Source of the DNA: Candidatus Cloacimonadales bacterium
GTDB lineage: Bacteria > Cloacimonadota > Cloacimonadia > Cloacimonadales > JAFGVF01
NCBI GenBank assembly: GCA_963663475.2
Contig: CAXXJV010000001.1
Coordinates: 2,304,001-2,368,000 of the forward strand
Direction of reading: 5' to 3'
DNA: 64,000 nucleotides
Both the position numbers and the translations under genes were made by a program. Positions 42,343 through 52,500 of the stretch are shown one piece after another. The notes under the pieces were generated by a model. It searched no databases, was not told the origin of the DNA, and saw only the letters and a list, made by a program, of their open reading frames with translations. The stretch's first letter is position 1. The number at the start of each line of letters is the position of its first letter.

Positions 42343-44262
42343 TCATATTAAATTTTTCTTAGTGATGTTTCTGTAATCATCTTTTCTCTGAGTTATACCT
42401 AATTTATCAAAGATCTCTAAATAGTAAAGAGCAATCTTTCTATTTGTTCCAAGCATATCTCTAAAGTCTGCAATTCTAAAAGCTTGGTCTTTGAACTCTT
42501 CTTTCATTTTTGAAAGAATTTCTTCTAATTCTTGAAGACTTACATATAGATTATCATAAAAGAGGACTCTTTTCATTTCAATTAGTGAATTCATGATCGA
42601 GTTGAATTCCTGATTCTTAAGATTATACTTAATTTTAATATTTTCCTTAGTAACTTCTTCTGGGATTTCCTTTTTAAAACTATTGATATACTGTATTATA
42701 TCTTGTCTTTTATTCAGTAAATCAGTAAAATCTTGAGGATTATGATTTATCGGACAATAAGTATTTTGAGTAATCTTAAGTTTCTTAGAATCGACCATGT
42801 TATCCAAGATTATCTTTATACTATTCTTATCTAGTTTTTCCTTTGTTGAAAGAAGATATTTAGCAATATCACTTACATCTAGACCTTTTTCAGATAGGCA
42901 ATTATTGATCTGATTATGTCTCACAATTCTAATAATCTCATTATGAATCTTGTTTAAGTGAGATAAGATTATATATATTTCTAAATCATTTTGCTGGATA
43001 ATGGCCACTTCATCTGCTAAAGAATTAGCTAAATCTCTTACTCTTTCTTCTGGGATATTTAGTTTTAGACTTAAGTCTCGGCTATTTTCGATATCAATAC
43101 TTTTTTCAATTTCGTGGAGTAGCAAGTATTTCATATCAGATTCTGCTAGTTTTTGTAAATCTTCTATAAGTCCTTTAGGTCTTTTTCTATGTTTAAGAGG
43201 AAATGCATCAATAATTCTTCCTCCTCCAATGGTATAATTATTGGAAGTATCTCTTAAGATGTACTTATCATTATAATAGAAAAATGAACCTGTATCAAGA
43301 GTAATCTGGACAATTGCCCTAGAATTTTCTTTGAGTTCGTCACAATCAATAAGATGAACCTTAGCTTTACTCTTAAAAGTTCCAGAGAGAAATATAACAG
43401 TAGTCCACAGTTTTAATTTACTAGCTGAAAAGTTATCTAAAACACAATCTAGGAGTAAACTCATCTCTCTGGGATAGTTTGTTATAAGCATACCTCTTTT
43501 GAAGTCACTCTTCTTTAAACCAACCACATTTAAAGAAGCTCTATCACCTGCCTTAAGTTCATCAACTTCCTTATGAAACTTTTGCATTCCTCTAATTCTT
43601 AGATCCTTCCTTAAGGGTAACAAGGTAAGTTCATCTTGTTTGTGAATTTTACCACTCAAGACAGAACCATTTATGATTGTCCCATGTCCTTCAGAAGTAA
43701 AAATACGATCAATATACATTCTAAAAATTAAACCTAAATCTCGTTCATCAGTATTATCAATTTGATTAACAATTTCAGCTTTTATATCTTCTAAACCTTG
43801 ACCACTTTTTGTAGAAACTTTGATAATATTTGAATTCTCAAGGAAAGTTCCTTCAGTAAATTCTTGGATTTCTGCAATAGCTAATTCAAGCAAATCTTCG
43901 TCAACTAAATCAATTTTAGTCAAAGCTATAAAACCAGATTTTATATTGAGTAATTGCATAATTTTCATATGTTCTATTGTTTGTGGCATGATTCCACTAT
44001 CTGCAGCAATTACTAACATAACAAAGTCAATTCCAGATGCACCAGATATCATAGTATTAACAAAATCTTTATGACCTGGGACATCGATAACACCTACCTG
44101 ATGATCTTGATCAATAGAGATATTAGTAAAGCCTAAATGAATAGTAATGCCTCTACTTTGTTCTTCTTTATGAGTATCGCAGTCAAAACCAGTTAAGGCT
44201 CTGATTAGCGAAGTTTTACCATGATCTACATGACCAGCTGTTCCAAGAATTAAGTGTTTCAT
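42343..44262 (-). CDS. selB: Selenocysteine-specific elongation factor
   Basis: GTAGHVDHGKT, RGITI, DVPGH, TKID; C-terminal winged-helix FRD..G..RK motif; adjacent to selA and selC. Confidence 0.95.
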   Translation of the reverse strand: MKHLILGTAGHVDHGKTSLIRALTGFDCDTHKEEQSRGITIHLGFTNISIDQDHQVGVIDVPGHKDFVNTMISGASGIDFVMLVIAADSGIMPQTIEHMKIMQLLNIKSGFIALTKIDLVDEDLLELAIAEIQEFTEGTFLENSNIIKVSTKSGQGLEDIKAEIVNQIDNTDERDLGLIFRMYIDRIFTSEGHGTIINGSVLSGKIHKQDELTLLPLRKDLRIRGMQKFHKEVDELKAGDRASLNVVGLKKSDFKRGMLITNYPREMSLLLDCVLDNFSASKLKLWTTVIFLSGTFKSKAKVHLIDCDELKENSRAIVQITLDTGSFFYYNDKYILRDTSNNYTIGGGRIIDAFPLKHRKRPKGLIEDLQKLAESDMKYLLLHEIEKSIDIENSRDLSLKLNIPEERVRDLANSLADEVAIIQQNDLEIYIILSHLNKIHNEIIRIVRHNQINNCLSEKGLDVSDIAKYLLSTKEKLDKNSIKIILDNMVDSKKLKITQNTYCPINHNPQDFTDLLNKRQDIIQYINSFKKEIPEEVTKENIKIKYNLKNQEFNSIMNSLIEMKRVLFYDNLYVSLQELEEILSKMKEEFKDQAFRIADFRDMLGTNRKIALYYLEIFDKLGITQRKDDYRNITKKNLI

Positions 44263-44264
44263 AA

Positions 44265-45629
44265 TTATAAGTATAGTTTATTGATCTCTTGCGAGATATA
44301 TTGTATGTCAGAATCATCGACACTAATAATATCGATAATTAAGTTACCTTGAGATAAATAAGTAACTATAGGTTTATCTAGTTCTAATAATTTAAGATAG
44401 TTTTTAGCATTTAATTCTTCAGCTTCTTTAATTTGGATAGCAAAAGAATCTAATTCTTCACCAGGCATAGAACCACCACCAGTTTTAGCTTTGGAAGAAA
44501 TGACATCGTGCTTAATATCTTGACTAATAAGATTACATAGTTGATCTGCTCTATTTCTAAGTGTTGATTGAGATTGATTTAGCATCTTAAAGAAAGGAAT
44601 CTGACCATAATCATTTTCAAAATCTAAATAATTTTTCAGGGTGTAATAGAGAACAGCATCAGTTAGCTTACCAACCCGTAGTATTCTATAAAGTGGATTC
44701 TTTTTTAGTCTATCAATATATTCTTTTTTGCCTACAATAAGACCAGCTTGAGTTGCTCCGAGTAACTTATCTCCACTAAAACTAACTAGATCAATATCCA
44801 TATCAATAATTTCTTTAACTGAATGGTCCCATTTGATATTTATGTTATCTTTAGGTAATATTAAACCTGAACCAAGATCATAGTAAGAAATCAGACTGTT
44901 AGCTTTTGCTAAAGGAATTAAATCTTTAATATCTGTTTCTTCAGTGAACCCTATAATTTGAAAGTTAGATTGATGAACTTTCATAATCATAGAAGTATTA
45001 TTAGATATATTATTCTGATAGTCGGATAATTTAGTTTTATTGGTAGTACCAATTTCTTTAAGATTTGCTCCACTCATAGCCATAATATCAGGAACTCTAA
45101 AAGACCCACCAATTTCAACAAGCTCTCCCCGTGAAACTAGAACATCTGTGTTACGGGAAAATTCATTAAGTATCAGATAGGTTGCAGAAGCATTATTATT
45201 AACTACTAGAGCTGATTCAGCATTCGTTAAGTTACAGAGAAGTTGCTTTATGTAGTCTCCCCTCTTTCCACGTCTGCCTGTTTGTAGGTCAAATTCAACA
45301 TTTACATAATTAGTTAGTAATTCAGTGACTTGATTCATAACCTTTTTACTGAGAATAGCTCTTCCTAAATTAGTATGGAGTAGTGTTCCAGTACAGTTTA
45401 TTAGAGCTTTAAGCTCAGTAGGTTTATATTTCTTAAGGTCAGATTTAATCATATGTATAACATCACTTTTTTCAATTTTCATACCAGCTTTGATCTTTGT
45501 TCTTATGTCTGTAATAGATTTATTAAGAAGATCTTTTGCCTTGTCCTTTCCTAGTTGAGAAATTAAATCTTGCAAATCAATGTTTTCCAGAAGTGAGTTT
45601 ATTGATGGAATTACCGTGTAATCATTCAT
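44265..45629 (-). CDS. selA: L-seryl-tRNA(Sec) selenium transferase
   Basis: HTNLGRA, VVNNNA, SRGELVEIGGSFR, DLGSG, FSGDKLLG. Confidence 0.96.
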   Translation of the reverse strand: MNDYTVIPSINSLLENIDLQDLISQLGKDKAKDLLNKSITDIRTKIKAGMKIEKSDVIHMIKSDLKKYKPTELKALINCTGTLLHTNLGRAILSKKVMNQVTELLTNYVNVEFDLQTGRRGKRGDYIKQLLCNLTNAESALVVNNNASATYLILNEFSRNTDVLVSRGELVEIGGSFRVPDIMAMSGANLKEIGTTNKTKLSDYQNNISNNTSMIMKVHQSNFQIIGFTEETDIKDLIPLAKANSLISYYDLGSGLILPKDNINIKWDHSVKEIIDMDIDLVSFSGDKLLGATQAGLIVGKKEYIDRLKKNPLYRILRVGKLTDAVLYYTLKNYLDFENDYGQIPFFKMLNQSQSTLRNRADQLCNLISQDIKHDVISSKAKTGGGSMPGEELDSFAIQIKEAEELNAKNYLKLLELDKPIVTYLSQGNLIIDIISVDDSDIQYISQEINKLYL

Positions 45630-45663
45630 TGAATCATTCCTTTAAACTATTTAATTAAAAATA

Positions 45664-45685
45664 TGAGTCGGATTTCTCCGACTCA
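45664..45685 (-). terminator. Hairpin immediately after selC (terminator or processing stem)
   Basis: TGAGTCGGA-4 nt-TCCGACTCA followed by a U-rich run on the minus strand. Confidence 0.65.
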
Positions 45686-45689
45686 AATT

Positions 45690-45784
45690 TGGCTGAGAGG
45701 GCAGGAATCGAACCTGCCAAAGACGGTTTTATCCGCCTCTTATCGGTTTTGAAGACCGACTGAACCACCAGATTCATCCTCCCG
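45690..45784 (-). tRNA. selC: tRNA-Sec (anticodon UCA)
   Basis: 6-bp D-stem with TGGT loop, CTTCAAA anticodon loop, long variable arm, GCAGG-TTCGATT-CCTGC T-arm, GCCA end; directly upstream of selA. Confidence 0.95.
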
Positions 45785-45797
45785 TTATTATTTCAAT

Positions 45798-47636
45798 TTA
45801 GTAGATATCTTTTTTACTTTCTTGGATAGCATTTAGAGTTTCGTAATGCATTCCAGGGATAATATTAACTGCATGAACAGGGCAAACATCAGCACAGTTA
45901 CCGCATTTAACACAATCAAGTTGGTGAATAGTATATTTTTCTTCTCTACTACCAGTAATACAGTTTACAGGGCATTTTCTTGCACATAGAGAACAACCAA
46001 TACATTTTTCTTTATCTATATCAAAGTGAATTAGTGAAGTACAAACTTTAGCTGGACATGATTTATCTTTAATATGAGCATCATATTCTTCTCTAAAGTA
46101 TCTAATAGTACTTAATACAGGATTTGGAGCTGTTTGACCAAGACCACATAGAGATGATTTTTTAATATCGTTGCCTAGTCTGATTAACTCTTCAATATCC
46201 CCTTCTTTACCTTTTCCACTAGTAATGTTTTCCATTATACCATACATTTGTTTCAGGCCTAAACGACATGGGAAACATTTACCACAAGATTCTTCAACTG
46301 AGAAGTCTAAGAAGAATTTTGCAACATTTACCATACAGTTAGTATCATTCATAACAATAACACCACCAGAACCCATCATAGCACCTTTTTCGAGAAGTGA
46401 TTCATAGGTAATAGGAGTATCTAAATCTTTTTCAGTAAGACAACCACCTGAAGGGCCACCAAGCTGAACAGCTTTAAATTTTCTTCCATTAGTGATTCCA
46501 CCACCAACTTCAAAGATTAAATCTCTTAAGGTAATCCCCATTGGAACTTCTACAAGACCTGTATTCTTTACATCACCAGTTAAAGCAAAAACTTTTGTTC
46601 CTTTTGATTTACCTACACCCATTGATGCAAACCATTCTGCACCCTTAGTATAGATAGAAGTAAGGTTAGCTAAAGTCTCAACATTATTTACAACTGTTGG
46701 TTTTTCCCATAAACCCTTTTCAGCAGGGAATGGTGGTTTAGGAGTAGGCTGTCCTCTCATACCTTCGATTGAATGAATAAGAGCAGTTTCTTCACCACAA
46801 ACAAAAGCACCAGCTCCAGTTCTAACTTCTGCATCAAAAGCAAAACCACTTTCAAATATATTTTCACCTAGGAGCCCTACTTCACGCATGTTCTCCATAG
46901 CCATATTAATTCTCTTAATAGCAAGAGGATATTCAGCTCTAATATAGAAATAACCCTTTGAAGCTCCAATTGCATAACCAGCAATCATCATACCTTCAAT
47001 AACTCTATATGGGTCACCTTCAAGAAGTGATCTATCCATGAATGCGCCAGGGTCGCCTTCGTCAGCATTACAGATAATGTATTTTTGATCAGCTTTATTG
47101 TTAAAACCAAATTGCCATTTAAGACCAGTAGGGAATCCACCGCCACCACGGCCTCTAAGTCCTGATTCTTTTACTACATCAATAGTATCTTGTTGGCTCA
47201 TTTCTGAAAGTACTTTACCAATAGCTTCAAATCCACCTGTTGCAATGTATTCTTCTATTGATTCTGGATCAATATGTCCACAGTTTTCTAAAGCAACTTT
47301 TACTTGTTTTTGGTAAAAAGGAATCTCTTTTTTAGTAGCTTTTAATTTTTCATCTTCAGTAACCATTAAGCGCTGAACAGGTCTTCCCTTTAAGAAGTGT
47401 TCTGAAACGATTTCTTCTACATCTTCTACAGTAACTTTTTGATAAAAGACACCTTCAGGATAAACCATCATAACAGGGCCAAAATCACATGGTCCCATAC
47501 AACCTGTTTCAATGATATTTACTTCAGAGCGTAAGTCATTTTTTTCTAATAATTCGATAAATTTATTTTTAATTTTCAAAGATCCAGCTGATACACAACC
47601 GGAACCACAACATATAAGTAAGTCAATTCTTTTCAT
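45798..47636 (-). CDS. hndC: HndC/HydB/NuoF-like FMN- and NAD(P)H-binding diaphorase subunit
   Basis: LRGRGGGGFPTG, NADEGDPGAFMDR, CGEETAL, ESCGKC.PCR, N-terminal 2Fe-2S and C-terminal 2x4Fe-4S Cys motifs. Confidence 0.9.
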   Translation of the reverse strand: MKRIDLLICCGSGCVSAGSLKIKNKFIELLEKNDLRSEVNIIETGCMGPCDFGPVMMVYPEGVFYQKVTVEDVEEIVSEHFLKGRPVQRLMVTEDEKLKATKKEIPFYQKQVKVALENCGHIDPESIEEYIATGGFEAIGKVLSEMSQQDTIDVVKESGLRGRGGGGFPTGLKWQFGFNNKADQKYIICNADEGDPGAFMDRSLLEGDPYRVIEGMMIAGYAIGASKGYFYIRAEYPLAIKRINMAMENMREVGLLGENIFESGFAFDAEVRTGAGAFVCGEETALIHSIEGMRGQPTPKPPFPAEKGLWEKPTVVNNVETLANLTSIYTKGAEWFASMGVGKSKGTKVFALTGDVKNTGLVEVPMGITLRDLIFEVGGGITNGRKFKAVQLGGPSGGCLTEKDLDTPITYESLLEKGAMMGSGGVIVMNDTNCMVNVAKFFLDFSVEESCGKCFPCRLGLKQMYGIMENITSGKGKEGDIEELIRLGNDIKKSSLCGLGQTAPNPVLSTIRYFREEYDAHIKDKSCPAKVCTSLIHFDIDKEKCIGCSLCARKCPVNCITGSREEKYTIHQLDCVKCGNCADVCPVHAVNIIPGMHYETLNAIQESKKDIY

Positions 47637-47647
47637 CTCTACCTCGT

Positions 47648-48010
47648 TTAGTCTCTGCTTATAATATAATCGTTTACTGGTTGTCCGTTAACAATATGTT
47701 CTGAAATTACTTTTTTTGCTTTTTCAGGGCTCATATTTCCATAAGTAATAGTTTCTTTACCTTCTTCAATAACATCAACTACAGGTTCCATGGAAGAAAG
47801 GCCTTTTTCACCTGTTTGAGTTACTACCACATCAAGAATTTTTCTTGTTGCTATTTCATCTAAGAAAGTCTTCATTACTTCACGGGCTCCCATAGCAATA
47901 CCAGAAGTTCCCATGCCAACAACTATTTTTATTCTACTTCCCGCATTTCTCAATTGCATATCCTGCTGAGCTTTCTCGCGTATTTTTCTGAGGTCAGCTA
48001 ATGTTTTCAT
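47648..48010 (-). CDS. hndB: HndB-like thioredoxin-fold ferredoxin homolog lacking all Cys
   Basis: IVVGMGTSGIA.GAR, TGEKGLSSMEP, YGN, EHIVNG match the HndB pattern except at Cys positions. Confidence 0.8.
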   Translation of the reverse strand: MKTLADLRKIREKAQQDMQLRNAGSRIKIVVGMGTSGIAMGAREVMKTFLDEIATRKILDVVVTQTGEKGLSSMEPVVDVIEEGKETITYGNMSPEKAKKVISEHIVNGQPVNDYIISRD

Positions 48011-48579
48011 CAGATTTCTCCCATTTTTGTATTTTTTATTCCATTATTTACATCTTCCATGATAAATTGAATAACGTCCGGATAAGTCAAAGGAATGTCT
48101 CCCAACTCCTCTTTAATTAATCTAGTATCAAATTCATACTCAAAATTTTGTTCCTGCGTATTATGAGAAATTCGTAAGTAAAAATCTGTTTCCGGATGTC
48201 CAATTAAGGAACCGATTATAGTGTCTGCCAGACTTCCAACTGGCATTCTATCAATATGGCTTTTTTTAAATGAAGCTTCCAATTCTGTGCCCTGTCCTAA
48301 TTTACTTTTAACATCAAAGGAGCCATCACATAGTTCTGCGTTTTGCATAAAAAGTGGAATACCTAAGCCAACTTTTTTTTCACGTGATGTTTTAGATGTA
48401 TAAAAAGGATTCAAAGCATTATTGAGAGTTTCTTCATCCATCCCAGAACCATTATCGGTTATTTTAAACTTCAATATATCATTATTTTCATCAGCATCTA
48501 TAAATATTTGGATAAGTGAAGCTCCAGCTCTAGCTGAATTCTCAATAATATCTAATAGATGGAGTGATAAATCTTGCAT
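48010..48579 (-). CDS. Stand-alone HATPase_c (histidine-kinase-like ATPase) of hnd/hyd operons
   Basis: LDIIENS, DNGSGM, PFYTSK, GLGIP, GQGT, HIDRMPVG. Confidence 0.88.
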   Translation of the reverse strand: MQDLSLHLLDIIENSARAGASLIQIFIDADENNDILKFKITDNGSGMDEETLNNALNPFYTSKTSREKKVGLGIPLFMQNAELCDGSFDVKSKLGQGTELEASFKKSHIDRMPVGSLADTIIGSLIGHPETDFYLRISHNTQEQNFEYEFDTRLIKEELGDIPLTYPDVIQFIMEDVNNGIKNTKMGEI

Positions 48580-48584
48580 TATTA

Positions 48585-49067
48585 TTAACGATAGTGGTTA
48601 AGAATTTCAACAACTTGTGCTTTAGTTTCGATTCTGCCATAAGTTTCTTCACCTATAACAAAAACAGGTGCTAATGAACAAGCACCAACACATCTTACTG
48701 CTGAAAGAGTGAATAAGCCATCAGGAGTAGTTTCACCCATTTCAATGTTTAGTTCTTCACCAATCATTTGAATAATTCTAGGAGCACCTTTAACATAGCA
48801 TGCTGTTCCTGTACAAACATTAATAACATACTTTCCACGAGGTTTCATAGAGAAAAAGTTGTAGAAAGTTACTACACCATAAATCTTGTTAAGTGGTACA
48901 TCAAGTTCCATAGAAATGAACTCTTGTACTTCAATTGGTAAGTAACCAAAAATTGCTTGAGCTTCCCTCAATACTTCAATCAAAGGGTTTCTGAGCTTTT
49001 TCTTTTCAGAAATAATCTCTTTCAACTCTCTGTACATTTGGTTGTCGTAATTAGCTATTTGCGACAT
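48585..49067 (-). CDS. hndA: HndA/HydC/NuoE-like 2Fe-2S subunit
   Basis: GVVTFYNFF, CTGTAC, CVGACSLAP; GGAGG RBS. Confidence 0.9.
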   Translation of the reverse strand: MSQIANYDNQMYRELKEIISEKKKLRNPLIEVLREAQAIFGYLPIEVQEFISMELDVPLNKIYGVVTFYNFFSMKPRGKYVINVCTGTACYVKGAPRIIQMIGEELNIEMGETTPDGLFTLSAVRCVGACSLAPVFVIGEETYGRIETKAQVVEILNHYR

Positions 49068-49513
49068 TTTTCCTCCAATATTATATATTTTTTATTGAAA
49101 TTCATCTTTACTTAATAATTTTGCAATAAAACTTGCCCTTTATCCATGTTAAATAATAACTTAAGACAGTGTTTATGCAGGGGAGAAAGCTTAAGAAATT
49201 AGCATTTTATCTTAGTAATTCTCTTTTAAGAATTATTTTTCTAAAAGTATCAGATTAGTCAACTATCTTTTTTAAAATCTTTATTTTTATAATTTTTTAT
49301 CATGATTTTATACTTATAATTAGTTTAATGTTTATTTATAGCCTTTATTATATAACATGATTAAAGAAATATAATAAATTTTTTTACCATAGGCATTTGT
49401 CCTTTTTATTTTCTGCTTCATCTATCTTTACATAAATGGAATATTAATTGCATAAATTATATAAAGATAATAATATTATAATATAGATAAAATAACTAAA
49501 CAGGATGGCTTAA

Positions 49514-52500
49514 ATGAAAAAACTTATTTTTACGTTTTTTGTACTAACTTGTATCTTTTCTATGAATGCTCTAGTTATTGAAACAGGAAGTCTACGTGAA
49601 TTCCTATATGGACAAGAACCTACTTTAGAGTATGATAATTACGTATCTCATGTCTCTGAAGGAATTGCTTCTCCCAACTATAACTATTATGCACCTTTTG
49701 ATCCTCAAACAAACGGTTTTGGAGATTTCATTATCCCCAATACTGGTCAATTAGATGCTTGGGCTCAAATTTCCCAATCCTTCATAGACCAAGATTGGCA
49801 AGGTGCTCAAGACCTTTTAGATTTCTATGGATTCCCTTATAATGTTGTTCAGTTTAATGATACTGATTATGACAGAACATACTACATGCTTAGGGAAGTT
49901 TTAAATAGTGACACAGATAACAATATTGACACTGATACAGATGATGATGTTGTTGGTTCATTTGATTATGGTTGGGGTTTATATATCTTCAATCCAGATG
50001 CAGCTAACCCAATAATCGTTACTGTTCCTCATCCTACTGATGATTATCCTACAATTGTTTTAGGTTATCACACTTTTGTGAAATGGGACTCTGCATTTTT
50101 GATGGTTTCAGGTGCTGGTAGAGAAGTGAAATGGACTAATGTTCCTCCCTACTGGAACTCAAAATCTATAAGTGATCCAACTCGTAATCTTGACCATCCT
50201 TACAATGAGAGTTACCATGTCTTTGCTGATTATATTAGAGATAATTATGGAAGATTAGAATTCTCAGCCCAAATGCATTCATATGACTGGAACGACCGCC
50301 ATACTGGATATCCTAACACTCAAATCTCTGCTGGAAGTTCTAGAGGTAATGTAAATCTTCCTACTTTTGACCAATCTAATAATGGACAAGACTTACTTCA
50401 TTGGTCAGATGAGATAATTTTCCCAGCTAATACTTTTGGAATTCATAGACAAGTGGATAGAAATGAATATTATGGTATCCATAATACTGTCCATGAACTA
50501 TACTATGACAACAATCCTGAAACACCTATTAATACCTATATAGATCTTCCTGGGTACAGTCAAAACCGACAAATGCAATACACTTTATCAGGAACCACTG
50601 ATTATGATGTTGTTGATCCTTTCTTCCATATAGAAATTGATGAACTTCCTGAAGTATATGATCAAACTGAAGCCAATTACTGGTGGTTTTATGGATATGA
50701 TCCAACCACTGCAAAGTTTGTTCCTGAAAATATCTATCTAATGACAGAAAATTTCTATACTTACTGGATTGATATAATAGCAGAGAATATTGATACTTTT
50801 ATTGGTATTGATAATGATTCTCCTGCTCCTGCAATGCCAGAGAACTTTGCCATGGTTGCAGGGAACTATAGTGATATTTTACTGTCTTGGGATCCTGTGT
50901 CTGACCATAATTTCCAAAGCTATGAAATTCTTTATTCAACAGAACCAATTACAGGTCTTAACTATCAAGTTTTTGATAGAAGCAATAATAATAGCCTTGC
51001 AGACCAAAAAACTACTCAAGTTAATGTAACTGGCTTAACCCCTGATACAGATTACTACTTCCAAATTAGAGCAAAAGACTATTCTGGAAATTATTCAGAG
51101 ACTCATGAAGAAATCACTGCTTATACTACTCCAGTAAAATTTCTTAGTCTTGAAGCTAAAGCTGATGACCCATATATTCAAATTGAATGGAAAACTATGT
51201 ATGAATCTAATTTATCAATCTTCAAAGTAATGCGTAGGAATTTAGGTAGTGAAGATTGGGAAATAGTTTCAGAAAACATTTTAGCTAATAATTCTGCAAA
51301 TTTAAATACTTACACATGGTATGATGAAAGTGCAGAATATGGAAATTATTATGAGTATAAATTACAGGTTTATAATCAAGCTGGTTCAACCTATCAATAT
51401 GATCTTGTTGTTAGTGCTCATTTCTCAGACTTCTTAACTCTTGTAGCTTCTAATAATGATGGAACAGTCTCTGACCAAGTTATCTTTGGTGTGAATGAAG
51501 ATGCTAGTGATTCTTATGAGAGTAAGTATGACCAAACAACTTCAACATCTGGTACAGGAACATACGTCTTAGCTGCTTTCTATGAACAATATTATCAAAG
51601 TGCACAAAGGTATTTAGAGAAAAATATCTATGGCAATATTGATTTAGAAGAAGACTATAAAACATATACATTCCAAGTTAAAAGTTCACTTTATAATCAA
51701 CAGTTAAAAATCACTTTAGAAGATTTTGCTCAAGATAGATTTTCTAGAAAAGTTTGGTTAAAAGAATCAAATAATAACTATGTTGATCTTACCCAAGAAC
51801 CGCTATATTTTACTGTATCAAATTCTAGTTTTAAAACATTCACCCTCTATTATGGTAACATAAACCCAACCCTTGTAATGTCTTCAGCTCCTGCAGAAAA
51901 GATACATCATCCTAATGATATTATTAATTTCCAGTGGTCATATCAAAATAATGAAATGTTAGATCACTATAGATTAGATCTAATTTCCGCAACTGATTCT
52001 GTTAATATTGAAGATAATGTATCAGCAGACACCTACTTCTTCCCTTGGTTAGTTCCATATGAAACAAGTATTGAGGATGCAAAATTTGTTATTACTGCCT
52101 TTGCTAATGATGGTGAAGTCAGACGTTTTGAATCAAGCTGGAATATGGGTGTGCTACCAACAGAGTTAACCTATGACTTTGATGCTGGTTGGCAATTAGT
52201 ATCCCATGTTTGGGAAGCTGATGCACCTTCCGCAAGTGAAATTTTTGGTCCTGGAACTAGTCTAGTTGAATATATGCCAAGTCAGGTTTATGAACCAACT
52301 TTGTTCTATAGCCAAGGTAATGGTTACTGGGCTAATCTTCCTGAAGCCTATCAAACAACCAACAGTGGTGATATAAATAATGAAGAAGTAACTGTGGAAA
52401 TTCATCAAGGCTGGAATCTTTTAGGAAATCCTTATCCTTCTGAAATTGACCTTTCTTCTCTAATCTTTAATGTTGATGGTAGTGATTATACTCTTGGAGA

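Noticed and set aside
45640-45800. Island integrated at selC
   Set aside because: No integrase and no duplicated tRNA 3' end seen; selA follows directly
45798-49067. Respiratory complex I nuoEF, or selenoproteins within the hnd genes
   Set aside because: No other nuo genes; the HndB-like and kinase genes fit a soluble Hnd/Hyd-type complex; the ORFs are full length without in-frame UGA
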